The notes: generated by a model from the sequence alone, not told the origin. DNA of 64,000 bases from Bacteroidales bacterium (GCA_035258345.1 DATEVU010000119.1:46487-110486); one strand, 5' to 3'. Positions 52,193 through 62,235 are shown, counted from the first letter of the stretch. Made by a program: numbers and translations.

Positions 52193-53401
52193 CTAGGAAT
52201 TGCCTGTCATGATAAACAGGGGTTGAAATTCAAAACTTTTATAGTGTGGACGGTAGCGCTCAACATTATAATAGCGCTTAATATCCACTACTTTGTTTGT
52301 GCTGGTAACAACATCGATGGGGGCGTTGTCATATCTGCCGTTTCGCAGTACCACCAGCCGGCCGTGAATGCCCTTCAGAATGAGGTCAAGTGCCAGGTTG
52401 CCATATGCCATGGGGACGATTGAATCAATGGCATCCGGGTCACCACCCCTTACCAGGTATCCGAGTTGCTGATAAATTGTATTTATTCTGTTGCCATTAT
52501 TATACCTGGGTGAAAGCTCCCTGATCTTATCCGATACCAGTTCACCGATACCGCCATGCATGCTGTGTCCGTAAACATCCTGAACTCCGTTCTTAAAGGA
52601 AGTTTCATGCATTCCCGACATTTTTGAACCTTCTGAAACCAGCACTACGGAATAATGGCTGGGATTCTTTTCCCTGTCTTCGATCAACAAGCGGGTAAGC
52701 AGGTCCGGATCGAATTTGTGCTCAGGTATGACACAACGGTTTGCTGCGCCAGCCATTGTGGGAAGCATGGCAGTAAAACCGGCGTACCTGCCGAATACTT
52801 CAATGACCAGAATTCTTTCATGCGATCCTGCAGAGGTGCGGAGTGTATTGCACATCTGGATGGTACGGGTTACACAGGTACTGAACCCAATGCAATAATC
52901 CGTTCCCGGTACATCATTATCCATTGTTTTGGGTATGGCAACAACCTTCACCCCTTCGGAATACAGTCTGACCCCGTAACTCAGGGTATCATCACCCCCA
53001 ATGGGAATAAGGTATTCAACACCCAGAAACTCCAGGTTTTTAATGACCTCCTCGGTAAGATCATTCACCTCATTCTTATATTTATCCTTGTACTGTGCAG
53101 GTACATTGGCTTTGGAAACATGGCTCGGCCTGGTACGGGATGTATGCAGGAAGGTCCCGCCAGTGCGGCCGGCCTTGTTAACGATCTCCTCGGTAAGTAC
53201 CATGTATTTGTCACGGTTATCTGCTTTTTTGTCGCGGACAAGTTCCATGATCCCGGCCCAGCCTCTTCGTAAACCAACAACCTGGTAGCCTTCGCGCAAT
53301 GCCCGGATTGTAATTGCCCTGATCGCAGGATTAAGGCCCGGAACATCACCGCCACCTGTGAGAATGGCAATGGATCCCTTTTTCTTAGTTACATTCACCA
53401 T
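52193..53401 (-). CDS. 6-phosphofructokinase family enzyme with diphosphate-dependent signature
   Basis: 402 aa with LTGGGDVPGLN, GGDDT and PKTMDNDV motifs. Confidence 0.85.
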   Translation of the reverse strand: MVNVTKKKGSIAILTGGGDVPGLNPAIRAITIRALREGYQVVGLRRGWAGIMELVRDKKADNRDKYMVLTEEIVNKAGRTGGTFLHTSRTRPSHVSKANVPAQYKDKYKNEVNDLTEEVIKNLEFLGVEYLIPIGGDDTLSYGVRLYSEGVKVVAIPKTMDNDVPGTDYCIGFSTCVTRTIQMCNTLRTSAGSHERILVIEVFGRYAGFTAMLPTMAGAANRCVIPEHKFDPDLLTRLLIEDREKNPSHYSVVLVSEGSKMSGMHETSFKNGVQDVYGHSMHGGIGELVSDKIRELSPRYNNGNRINTIYQQLGYLVRGGDPDAIDSIVPMAYGNLALDLILKGIHGRLVVLRNGRYDNAPIDVVTSTNKVVDIKRYYNVERYRPHYKSFEFQPLFIMTGNS

Positions 53402-53460
53402 TGTGAACTGGTATTGGGTTTGTATAAAATCCTCCCAATAAAGATAGATATTTTTTAAAC

Positions 53461-53482
53461 AAAAAACCCCGCGGTGGCGGGG
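53461..53482 (-). terminator. Intrinsic terminator after the upstream PFK gene
   Basis: CCCCGC-GGTG-GCGGGG hairpin at 53467-53482, followed on the minus strand by a U6 run (53461-53466). Confidence 0.8.
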
Positions 53483-53490
53483 TTAATGGT

Positions 53491-54714
53491 TTACCAATTT
53501 AAAATCTTCCTGAAATCATATTCTTCCGGATCAGAAAGGTATTTCTTTGCTGCCTTATAATCGTTCCTTGTTATGTAATGCAGGTTATTCTCATATACCA
53601 ATTTGACCCGTTCCGAATCCATTTTTACGAGCCTGGGTTTTATCTTGCCATTTTCATCCTCAACATCCTTCATGAAAAGCGGTACGACATCTCCTGACGG
53701 GGTTACGGTAACCATGCAGCCTGTATTGCCATCCTGGAAAAGCTTCATAACACCGGTTCCCAGGAGGGTGGCATACGCCAGGTCATAAGCTATTGGCCTT
53801 ACACATCGCAGTTCATAACCAATCTCATTGGGCCTGCTTTTTACGGTTATGTTCAGCTTTTTCAGTTTACGCTGAACAAGCATATTGAAAATATGTGCTT
53901 TGCTAACATTGCCAAGTTCGGGGTGTCCATGGTCATCATAGGTGAAATTAACACCCGTGCCTTCGATTTCCTCATCGCTCATGAAATGAAACACACCTTC
54001 ACTCACAATGGCCACACCATACTCGATGCCCAACATACGACGCTTTACCATGGATGAAATAATCAATCTGGTAATTACGTCAAAGGTACATTTGGTTTTG
54101 TTGAACATTTCGGGGATGATGATCATCGGATAATGACAGGCCGTGCCGATACCGAATGCAAGATGACCGGCTTCACGACCCATGGCAGAAACAACAAACC
54201 AGTTGCCGCTTGTACGTGCATCTTCATACAGGGTGGTCCCAATGCGAACACCTTCTTCCTTTGCCGAATGATATCCAAAGGTAGGAGAACCTTCGGGCAG
54301 GGGAAGATCGTTGTCAATCGTCTTGGGAACATGAATATTGGATGTCTTTACCTTGTTTTTTTCCAGAAACCTGCTGATACGGTTCGCGGTTGATGCCGTA
54401 TCATCCCCGCCTATTGTCACCAAAAGTTTGATGTTGTTGTTGACAAAAAAATCAGTCCTGAATTCTTCATCATTGGGCTTATACCGGCTCATTTTCAAAG
54501 CCGAGCCACCACGGCTGTATATACTGTCTGCAAAATTAAAATCAAGCAGGTCAAATGTCGGCTTGTCTGTAAAAATCGATTTATAACCTTCGTGAATTCC
54601 CAAAACATCATACCCGGCATTCAGGAAAACTTTGGTTACCGATCCGATTACTGTGTTAATACCCGGCGCCGGACCTCCGGCACATAAAATTGCAACTGAT
54701 TCTTTCATATTCAA
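53491..54714 (-). CDS. 6-phosphofructokinase family enzyme with diphosphate-dependent signature (second paralog)
   Basis: 407 aa with CAGGPAPGIN, GGDDT and PKTIDNDL motifs. Confidence 0.85.
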   Translation of the reverse strand: MNMKESVAILCAGGPAPGINTVIGSVTKVFLNAGYDVLGIHEGYKSIFTDKPTFDLLDFNFADSIYSRGGSALKMSRYKPNDEEFRTDFFVNNNIKLLVTIGGDDTASTANRISRFLEKNKVKTSNIHVPKTIDNDLPLPEGSPTFGYHSAKEEGVRIGTTLYEDARTSGNWFVVSAMGREAGHLAFGIGTACHYPMIIIPEMFNKTKCTFDVITRLIISSMVKRRMLGIEYGVAIVSEGVFHFMSDEEIEGTGVNFTYDDHGHPELGNVSKAHIFNMLVQRKLKKLNITVKSRPNEIGYELRCVRPIAYDLAYATLLGTGVMKLFQDGNTGCMVTVTPSGDVVPLFMKDVEDENGKIKPRLVKMDSERVKLVYENNLHYITRNDYKAAKKYLSDPEEYDFRKILNW

Positions 54715-54812
54715 TTAATACTTAAGGATTTAATTGTTGTGATTAGAACTAAACTCCGGTTGCAAAGATGTAAATATATTTTTAAATAGTGCGTATTTGA
54801 AGGACCAATTGT

Positions 54813-54820
54813 TATATTTG
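54813..54820 (+). promoter_or_regulatory. -7 promoter box TATATTTG
   Basis: Exact TAnnTTTG match, 14 nt upstream of the ATG at 54834 (near-leaderless). Confidence 0.4.
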
Positions 54821-54833
54821 AGCCCTTAAACAG

Positions 54834-56225
54834 ATGCCAATGCAAGAGGAACATAAATCACTGCGGGAACTGACTTATGTACGTTGGGGTGTTCTTTTAA
54901 TAGTCAGCCTGATCATGGCTGCCAATTATTACTTTTATGATGCGCTTTCACCGCTGAAAGATCTGATGCAATCGCGGCTTGGATTTTCGAACCAGCAGTA
55001 TGGATTTCTCCAGTCCACCTATTCCATATCCAATGTTTTCCTTTTTATGGCTGTTATCGGTGGTATCCTGCTGGATAAATGGGGGATCCGGTTCACCGGC
55101 ATCGGCTTTACCTGCTTTATGGCTGCCGGATCTATCCTGACCTACTACGGATCATCCGAAACCTTCAGGAATGGCGGCCCTGGCTATGATTTTTTCAATT
55201 CATTCATGACTGGATTTTCTCCCGAATTTAAATTGATGACCGTCGGCTACTTTTTTTTCGGACTTGGTGCTGAAACAAGTATTGTTGTGATTACCACAAT
55301 TGTTGTCAAATGGTTTAAGGGCAAGGAATTGGCCCTGGCTTTGGGACTAAATCTGGCCGTTGCCCGATTGGGTCAGGCCATGTCCTTTTACTTTTCCTCC
55401 AACCTGAGCACTGAGGATTTCTGGAACAGGCCTATTTTTCTTTCAGCCTGCCTGTTGAGCACTGCATTTTTGTTCTTCCTGATATACAGTTTAATAGATT
55501 TTCGCCTCGACAGGCAGATAAAGTTCAGGCTTCAACTGGATGATGCCGGGAAATTTAAAATTTCGGATGTTCTGAAGATCATCAGGATCCCTTCATTCAT
55601 ATACATTACCCTGCTTTGCGTGACCTTCTATTCAGCTTTTTTCCCTTTTTTGAAATATGCCACTGATCTTTTGCATAACAAGTTCAGCATTACCACGGCG
55701 CTGGCCGGAAAGTTGACCTCTATACCTATCTTTTGTACGGTGCTTTTTACACCGTTCTTTGGCTGGATCGCTGACATTAAAGGCAAAAGTGCCTCTATGA
55801 TGGTCTTTAGCTCGATATTACTGATCGTGGCACATTTGACCCTTACCTTTACGATGATAAATCCCATTATTCCCATGGCATTGCTTGGGATTGCCTTTTC
55901 ATTGATACCGGCAGCTATGTGGCCCGGTGTAGCCAAGATCATCGATCAGAACAAACTGGGCACGGCCTATGGCATCATGTTCTCGGTGCAGAATTTCGGC
56001 CTCTGGCTATTTCCCATACTCATCGGAATTATACTCGACAGGTCCAATCCCGGTGTCACCGCCGCGATGGTTGAGGAAGGAGCTGCAAAGTATAATTATA
56101 CCTATGCTATCCTGATGCTTGCCATGATAGGGGTGGTAGGGATTGTGTTTGCCCTGTTGCTGAAACGTGAGGACAAAACCTCCGGATTCGGACTGGAGCT
56201 GCCGAATAAAAAGATTAAGGATTAA
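54834..56225 (+). CDS. MFS transporter
   Basis: 463 aa with 12 predicted TM helices in two six-helix halves. Confidence 0.75.
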   Translation: MPMQEEHKSLRELTYVRWGVLLIVSLIMAANYYFYDALSPLKDLMQSRLGFSNQQYGFLQSTYSISNVFLFMAVIGGILLDKWGIRFTGIGFTCFMAAGSILTYYGSSETFRNGGPGYDFFNSFMTGFSPEFKLMTVGYFFFGLGAETSIVVITTIVVKWFKGKELALALGLNLAVARLGQAMSFYFSSNLSTEDFWNRPIFLSACLLSTAFLFFLIYSLIDFRLDRQIKFRLQLDDAGKFKISDVLKIIRIPSFIYITLLCVTFYSAFFPFLKYATDLLHNKFSITTALAGKLTSIPIFCTVLFTPFFGWIADIKGKSASMMVFSSILLIVAHLTLTFTMINPIIPMALLGIAFSLIPAAMWPGVAKIIDQNKLGTAYGIMFSVQNFGLWLFPILIGIILDRSNPGVTAAMVEEGAAKYNYTYAILMLAMIGVVGIVFALLLKREDKTSGFGLELPNKKIKD

Positions 56226-56330
56226 AGATCCAAGATTAAAGATTCAAGATTAAAAATTAAAGATTTAAGATCAAAGAAAACTTACAAAATCTTCCATCTT
56301 CAATCTTCCATCTTCAATCTTCCATCTTCA
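56211..56330. repeat. Heptad-repeat inverted structure: 10 x AAGATTN, an 8-nt spacer, then 6 x ATCTTCM (probable bidirectional terminator hairpin)
   Basis: Read directly from the sequence and anchored on the stop codons at 56223-56225 and 56334-56336. Confidence 0.8.
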
Positions 56331-56333
56331 ATC

Positions 56334-57599
56334 CTACTTTCTGAAAATAATCTGTTTCCTGTCGGGTCCCAGAGATACAATGGTGATGGGTACCCCGGTC
56401 TCCTTCTCAATGAAACTTATATATTCGTTCAGTTCTGCCGGAATGCCGGATTTGTCGGTAACGCCGGATACTTCCTTTTTCCAGCCTTTCATTTCAATGT
56501 AAACGGTCCCGGTAATGTCTTCCAGGTCGTACGGAATATTATCGGCTGTTTTTCCTCCGATGGTATAGCCGGTACACACTTTGATGGTGTCGAAATCCGA
56601 CATTACATCGGCTTTGGTCATAATAAGCTGTGATACACCATTGATCATAATGGAATACTTCAGGGCAACCAGGTCAAGCCATCCACAGCGACGCGGCCGT
56701 CCGGTGGTTGCTCCGTATTCGTGACCTTTCGCCCTCAGGTAATTTCCTGTTTCATCAACCAGTTCGGTAGGAAAAGGTCCGCTGCCCACCCGTGTACAAT
56801 AGGCCTTGAAAACGCCAAATACCTCACCGATCCTGGAAGGTGCAATTCCAAGACCTGTGCATGCGCCTGCACTGATCGTATTGGATGAGGTCACATAGGG
56901 ATAGGACCCGAAATCAATATCCAGCATGGTGCCCTGTGCACCTTCGGCCAGTACTTTTTTTCCTTCCGAAAGTAACCCGTTTAAAATGTATTCGCTGTCA
57001 ACAATGGTATATTTCCTTATTTCGCCGATACCGGCAAACCATTGTTCTTCCTGTTCTTCGATATTGTAGCTGTAATCATACAACCTGAGCAGGTCTTTGT
57101 GCTTCCGTGTAAGATGATCGTATTTCTGCCTGAAGTCATTCTGCAGGATATCTCCCACACGCAAACCGTTACGGCCTGTCTTATCCATGTATGTCGGTCC
57201 GATGCCCTTCAGGGTCGAACCAATCTTGGTTACACCCTTTGCAGCTTCCGATGCGGCATCCAGTATTCTGTGAGAAGGTAAGATCAAATGTGCTTTTCGG
57301 GATATGAGCAGCTTATCCTGTAACTTCACACCCAGTTTCAGAATCGATTCGGCCTCCTTTTTAAAAATCACCGGATCGATAACAACTCCGTTGCCAATGA
57401 TGTTTATCTGGTTTTCATGAAAAATTCCTGAGGGAATGTTATGTAAAACATGTTTGATCTCGTTAAATTCAAGGGAATGCCCTGCGTTAGGACCACCCTG
57501 AAAACGGGCAATTACATCATATTTTGGGGTAAGCACATCCACAATCTTACCTTTGCCTTCATCGCCCCATTGAAGGCCTAATAGTACATCTGCTTTCAT
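56334..57599 (-). CDS. purA: Adenylosuccinate synthase
   Basis: 421 aa with QWGDEGKGKIVD P-loop and GIGPTY and TTGRPRRCGW blocks. Confidence 0.96.
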   Translation of the reverse strand: MKADVLLGLQWGDEGKGKIVDVLTPKYDVIARFQGGPNAGHSLEFNEIKHVLHNIPSGIFHENQINIIGNGVVIDPVIFKKEAESILKLGVKLQDKLLISRKAHLILPSHRILDAASEAAKGVTKIGSTLKGIGPTYMDKTGRNGLRVGDILQNDFRQKYDHLTRKHKDLLRLYDYSYNIEEQEEQWFAGIGEIRKYTIVDSEYILNGLLSEGKKVLAEGAQGTMLDIDFGSYPYVTSSNTISAGACTGLGIAPSRIGEVFGVFKAYCTRVGSGPFPTELVDETGNYLRAKGHEYGATTGRPRRCGWLDLVALKYSIMINGVSQLIMTKADVMSDFDTIKVCTGYTIGGKTADNIPYDLEDITGTVYIEMKGWKKEVSGVTDKSGIPAELNEYISFIEKETGVPITIVSLGPDRKQIIFRK

Positions 57600-57638
57600 A
57601 CTTTCAAAGGAAATTTAAAACGCGTCCGAAGGTACTAA

Positions 57639-58103
57639 TTATAAAAACTTTTTCCGCTTTTCCGGTATTTCTTTTTTCCTGCCATAGATGTACAGCGAAT
57701 GGTGTGACAGATCAAATCCATTCAATTCACAGGCAGTACTGATAATTTCCTGCATGCGCGGGTCACAGAACTCAATTACCCTGCCTGTGTCGATATCAAT
57801 CAGGTGATCATGCTGCATACACTGAAAAGCTTTTTCAAACTGGGCAATGTTTTTGCCAAACTGGTGTTTTACGACCAGGTTACAGTCAAGCAAAAGCTCA
57901 ATAGTGTTATATAGCGTAGCGCGGCTTACCCTGTAGTTCTTATTCTTCATGAAAAGATACAGTGTTTCAATATCAAAATGACCGTCACGGGAATAGATTT
58001 CATCCAGAATGGCATAACGTTCAGGCGTCTTTCTGTGGCCCTTTTTTTCAAGATAATTGATGAAAATTTTCTTTACAGTCTCTTTTGTCTCGGTTGAAAC
58101 CAT
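57639..58103 (-). CDS. fur: Fur-family transcriptional repressor
   Basis: Winged-helix N-terminus ([14 protein letters not shown]). The metal-site His/Cys pattern includes [17 protein letters not shown]. The ATG at 58103 is preferred over the TTG at 58130. Confidence 0.8.
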   Translation of the reverse strand: MVSTETKETVKKIFINYLEKKGHRKTPERYAILDEIYSRDGHFDIETLYLFMKNKNYRVSRATLYNTIELLLDCNLVVKHQFGKNIAQFEKAFQCMQHDHLIDIDTGRVIEFCDPRMQEIISTACELNGFDLSHHSLYIYGRKKEIPEKRKKFL

Positions 58104-58192
58104 ATTATCTTCAATTAATTTCAAACGCAAAATTAACCATTTTTTGCTTTCCTGGTATTCTATTTAGAATTATTTTAAATTAAAAGAAGGCG

Positions 58193-60436
58193 TTACACAG
58201 CCTCTTCGACACGCTTAACCGCATCCACACCTTTTAGCTTGCTCAGGCTCATGAGCAGGTTGTTTAAGTCCTTTGCATCGTGAACATAAAGATCGATGGT
58301 CCCTTCCCAGATGCCATCGTGACTTGAAAGGTTTATGGTGCGGATATTTACGGTAAGCTCTTTTGAAATGGTAGTGGTAATGTCATTGTAAATTCCGAAC
58401 CGGTCAATTCCATTCATGGCTATTTTGACCAGGAACGAAAGGATCTTGTGTGTGGTCCATTTAACGGGAACCAGAAGTTCACTGTGGCTTGAAAGCAGTT
58501 TTATGGCCTGTGAACATTTTGCCTGGTGTATGGTAATGCTGTCCTCCTTTTCCGGATCCCTGAAGCCGATGACATTATCGCCCGGTATTGGATTGCAGCA
58601 CCTGGCCGTGGCGTAATCGGTGGTGGCGCTGTAAATATTTTCACGGAGCAGGACCGGAGTTTTGTAACTGATTTTATGTGCAGTGTGATTAACAACCGGT
58701 GTTTTCTTTCCCCGAAATGACGTTCTGCCGAGTTGAAGGCTCCAATAGTTAATCCATTTGTTCTTTGTATTTCGCTTGAGAACCTGGTCAAGTTCCTCAA
58801 GCTGTATGATCCCGGTCCCTATTTTGCTGTAGAATTCGTCCTTGTTCGATACTTCATACGCCGGAAGCAATTTCTGAATTATCCGGGCATTGGGTCTTAA
58901 TTTATACTCAAGCAGCTTTTCCTCAAGCAGTTTTTTCCCCTTTTCAATCCTGTTCTTATTTTCGGCTTTGAGTGCATCCTTAATAGCAGTTTTAGCCTTG
59001 AGGGTGATCACATTATCGAGCCATTCGAGCCTGGGACGGTAAGTGTCCGAGGTAATTATCTCAACCTGGTCACCGCTTTTCAGCACATGGTTTAACGGAA
59101 CCAGCTTATGGTTTACCTTGGCGCCAATTGCCTTGTGTCCGATCTCGGTGTGGATCTCAAAAGCAAAATCAAGGACAGTGCTGTTCACAGGCAGGGTTTT
59201 TGTATCTCCCTTGGGCGTAAACAGGAATATTTCGGAAGCAAACAGGTTCAGCTTAAAATCATCCAGGAATTCGAGGGCATCGGAGTTTGGATTGGCAAGC
59301 AATTCACGTATTTTTTTTAGCCATTTATCCAGTTCACTTTCATGTGAACTGTCGGTTTTGTACTTCCAGTGTGCCGCAAATCCTCTTTCTGCGATATCAT
59401 CCATTCTTCGCGACCGGATCTGTACCTCCACCCAGTTACCCCTGGGTCCCATTACCGTTGCATGCAGTGCCTCATATCCGTTGGCCTTGGGAGTACTTAC
59501 CCAGTCGCGAATACGCTCGGGCTTGGGCATATAAATATCCGTGATCATCGAGTATATATTCCAGCATTGCGTTTTTTCGGGAATTGAAGGAAGCGGATCA
59601 AAAACAATACGGATAGCCATCAGATCATATACCTCCTCAAAGGGGATATTTTTGGATTGCATCTTATGCCAGATGGAGTAAATGGATTTGTATCTTCCGC
59701 TGATGTCGTACCCGATACTGTTTCTTTCCAGCTGTTCCTTGATTGGCTTTGAGAATTCCTGAATGAACTCCTGATGACTCTTTTCCTGGTTCAATATCTT
59801 CTCCGAAAGTTCCTGAAAGATCCTTGGATACCGGTATTTCAGGCTAAGGTCCTCGAGTTCGTTTTTCAGGGTATAAAATCCCATGCGGTGCGCCAGTGGT
59901 GCATACAAGTAAAGGGTCTCAGCCGAAATTTTCATCTGCTTGGCCACAGGAAGGGCATCCAGCGTGCGCATATTATGAAGCCTGTCGGCAAGCTTGATCA
60001 ATATTACCCGCACGTCGTCCGAAAGGGTAAGCAACATTTTTCTGAAATTCTCAGCCTGGAGTGACGAATTTTTATCGAATACACCCGATATCTTTGTCAA
60101 TCCGTCAATGATTATGGCAATCTTCGATCCGAAATGGTTTTCTATGTCTTCCAGTGAAAAATCGGTATCTTCCACCACATCATGCAGCAAGGCAGCAACA
60201 AGCGAGTTGACACCAAGACCCATTTCCTGTGTCACAATTTTAGCCACAGCAATGGGATGCAGTATGTATGGTTCACCCGACATTCTCAGGGCACCTTTAT
60301 GAGCATTGTCGGCAATTTTAAATGCCTTGCGTATCAAAGCCCTGTCACTCCGTTTGTTACATCGGGTGCAGCTTTCGAGCAGGTCATTAAACTCGCGCCT
60401 GACTTGAATTTCCTCAGATGTAAGTGTGGAACTCAT
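58193..60436 (-). CDS. relA: Bifunctional (p)ppGpp synthetase/hydrolase (RelA/SpoT homolog)
   Basis: 747 aa with an HD hydrolase domain (HPIAVA...LHDVVEDT), a RelA_SpoT synthetase domain, and TGS and ACT-like C-terminal domains. Confidence 0.94.
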   Translation of the reverse strand: MSSTLTSEEIQVRREFNDLLESCTRCNKRSDRALIRKAFKIADNAHKGALRMSGEPYILHPIAVAKIVTQEMGLGVNSLVAALLHDVVEDTDFSLEDIENHFGSKIAIIIDGLTKISGVFDKNSSLQAENFRKMLLTLSDDVRVILIKLADRLHNMRTLDALPVAKQMKISAETLYLYAPLAHRMGFYTLKNELEDLSLKYRYPRIFQELSEKILNQEKSHQEFIQEFSKPIKEQLERNSIGYDISGRYKSIYSIWHKMQSKNIPFEEVYDLMAIRIVFDPLPSIPEKTQCWNIYSMITDIYMPKPERIRDWVSTPKANGYEALHATVMGPRGNWVEVQIRSRRMDDIAERGFAAHWKYKTDSSHESELDKWLKKIRELLANPNSDALEFLDDFKLNLFASEIFLFTPKGDTKTLPVNSTVLDFAFEIHTEIGHKAIGAKVNHKLVPLNHVLKSGDQVEIITSDTYRPRLEWLDNVITLKAKTAIKDALKAENKNRIEKGKKLLEEKLLEYKLRPNARIIQKLLPAYEVSNKDEFYSKIGTGIIQLEELDQVLKRNTKNKWINYWSLQLGRTSFRGKKTPVVNHTAHKISYKTPVLLRENIYSATTDYATARCCNPIPGDNVIGFRDPEKEDSITIHQAKCSQAIKLLSSHSELLVPVKWTTHKILSFLVKIAMNGIDRFGIYNDITTTISKELTVNIRTINLSSHDGIWEGTIDLYVHDAKDLNNLLMSLSKLKGVDAVKRVEEAV

Positions 60437-60473
60437 GGGTAGACTGCAAAATGTTGAAAGGTCGAAGATAGTG

Positions 60474-60481
60474 CAAAGTTA
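60474..60481 (-). promoter_or_regulatory. -7 promoter box TAACTTTG (minus strand) for relA/spoT
   Basis: The plus strand reads CAAAGTTA, 38 nt upstream of the ATG at 60436. Confidence 0.45.
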
Positions 60482-60537
60482 GCGTTTTTGCAGGAATTCG
60501 GCTGACCATGATCAAAAAATATGATATTCGGGTACGA

Positions 60538-62040
60538 TTACCGGTAAACTACCGTTACACTTCCGCTTTGTTCTATTTTATCGGTGGAATAATTGTAAAT
60601 CCTGAGGTAATACAGGTAAACCCCTTCGGGAACATAATTGCCGTTTACCCTGCCGTCCCAGGGACCTGATCCCTGCCATATTCTCACACCAAGCCTGTTG
60701 TAAATGATCAGATCGTAATGTTCGGGCATAAAGGAAAATACCGGCTCGAAAACCTGGTTTACAGGATCAGTGTCATTGGGAATAAATGCATTTGGAATCC
60801 GGACATCCGGTGTAAGTGAAAAGCAGACACGGTTGGATACACTTCTGCCCTGTATACCATGTATATTTGTATTTTCAGTTGCTTCAACATGGTAGCATAT
60901 CATGCTGCTCGAAGGATCTGACTGATCAATAAGACCTGAGATGTCATCCGTATAATTTGTCTGAACACCTGCATCCAGGATATCGGTTTGGGGGTTTTGG
61001 ATCCCATTGGTCCTGATCAGGCTGTAACCTGCAACACCACCCAGCCAGTCGAGATATCCGTTCCAGCTCAACGTGGCATTCTGGTTATCAAAGGTGCCGT
61101 TGAGAATAATGTTGTTTGCCAGGTTGGATTGCGCCGATGCCGTGCCGCAGTTGTTGATGAGTTCAAGCCGGTAATAATAGATCCCCGATTGAAAGTTCAA
61201 GTCATCGGTGAAAGTAATTGGTGAATCCGAAGTATTGGTGGTGGCAATGGTGTTGAATGGCCCGGTGGGACTGCTGCTGCGTAAAATATTAAACCGGGTT
61301 AGCCCGGTTGAACCACCAACGGTAAAAGACATGTCAATACTATTCCCGGCGCCGATGGTGGCATAATCGGCATTGATAAAATCGGGCTGCTGTGACATCA
61401 GGGTAAAGGTGCTGGCCCTGTTTGAATTCGATCTTCGAACATTGTCCTGATGAACAGCTTCAACAAACAAATCATAATTTGCATTAACCCCAACATTCCC
61501 GAGAACGTATGTGTTGGTACCTTCCGCAACGGTGGCCAGCAACTGGTATATTCCCGGGCCCATCCTCCGGTATATATTATAGGCTGCTATGGATCCTCTC
61601 CAATTGTTATAATCGTTCCAGGCAAGGGAAATGGTGGCTTCGCAGGAATCGAATTCGAGTGTTAGAAATATGGTGCTGTCCGGAGCATCAAAAAGACTGG
61701 CATAACCACTGCCGACATTATTCCATGCAAACACGGTATAACCAACAGGTCCCAGTGAAGACAAGGGATTGGTATTTTCAAACTGTGTTTCAGTGGCCGC
61801 TACGGTCGTTAAGGTTCTGTATGAGGGAGGCTCATTTTCATTAAGGCGTTCTGCAACAGCAATCACGTACCAGCTAAAATTGGGCGGGGTGGGACTTGCC
61901 GTCCAGTAGATCATATCATTCCCGGTTTCGATATCAACGGTTACCAGGTACAGTGATGGTTTGTTAGGTACAAGCTGCGCCTGCACGCAAAAACCTGCCT
62001 GTAACAGAAACCATATTAACAAGTATCTCGTATAGTTCAT
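60538..62040 (-). CDS. Secreted protein with gliding-motility-associated (type B T9SS) C-terminal sorting domain
   Basis: Signal peptide from the ATG at 62040 (MNYTRYLLIWFLLQAGFCVQAQ). The C-terminal block is PNAFIPNDTDPVNQVF...YDLIIYNRLGVRIW...GVYLYYLRI. Confidence 0.8.
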   Translation of the reverse strand: MNYTRYLLIWFLLQAGFCVQAQLVPNKPSLYLVTVDIETGNDMIYWTASPTPPNFSWYVIAVAERLNENEPPSYRTLTTVAATETQFENTNPLSSLGPVGYTVFAWNNVGSGYASLFDAPDSTIFLTLEFDSCEATISLAWNDYNNWRGSIAAYNIYRRMGPGIYQLLATVAEGTNTYVLGNVGVNANYDLFVEAVHQDNVRRSNSNRASTFTLMSQQPDFINADYATIGAGNSIDMSFTVGGSTGLTRFNILRSSSPTGPFNTIATTNTSDSPITFTDDLNFQSGIYYYRLELINNCGTASAQSNLANNIILNGTFDNQNATLSWNGYLDWLGGVAGYSLIRTNGIQNPQTDILDAGVQTNYTDDISGLIDQSDPSSSMICYHVEATENTNIHGIQGRSVSNRVCFSLTPDVRIPNAFIPNDTDPVNQVFEPVFSFMPEHYDLIIYNRLGVRIWQGSGPWDGRVNGNYVPEGVYLYYLRIYNYSTDKIEQSGSVTVVYR

Positions 62041-62090
62041 ACCCATAAGAATCATTTGCAGAACGTATGTTAGCAACATTTATTGCAGGT

Positions 62091-62098
62091 CAAAGATA
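62091..62098 (-). promoter_or_regulatory. -7 promoter box TATCTTTG (minus strand)
   Basis: The plus strand reads CAAAGATA, 51 nt upstream of the ATG at 62040. Confidence 0.45.
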
Positions 62099-62235
62099 GG
62101 GCAACCAACGAAAAATAAAAGAATACTACTCTAAAATCACCAATAAATACCAATAATTCCATGGCGAATGGTGCTAAAGGATAACTGAAGAAGAAGATTT
62201 TTTTTTAAGGGTTGAGGTGCCCTGTATACTGCTTT

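Noticed and set aside
52655-53272. 205-aa ORF antisense to the first PFK gene.
   Set aside because: It is embedded in a well-supported CDS on the opposite strand and has no recognisable motifs.
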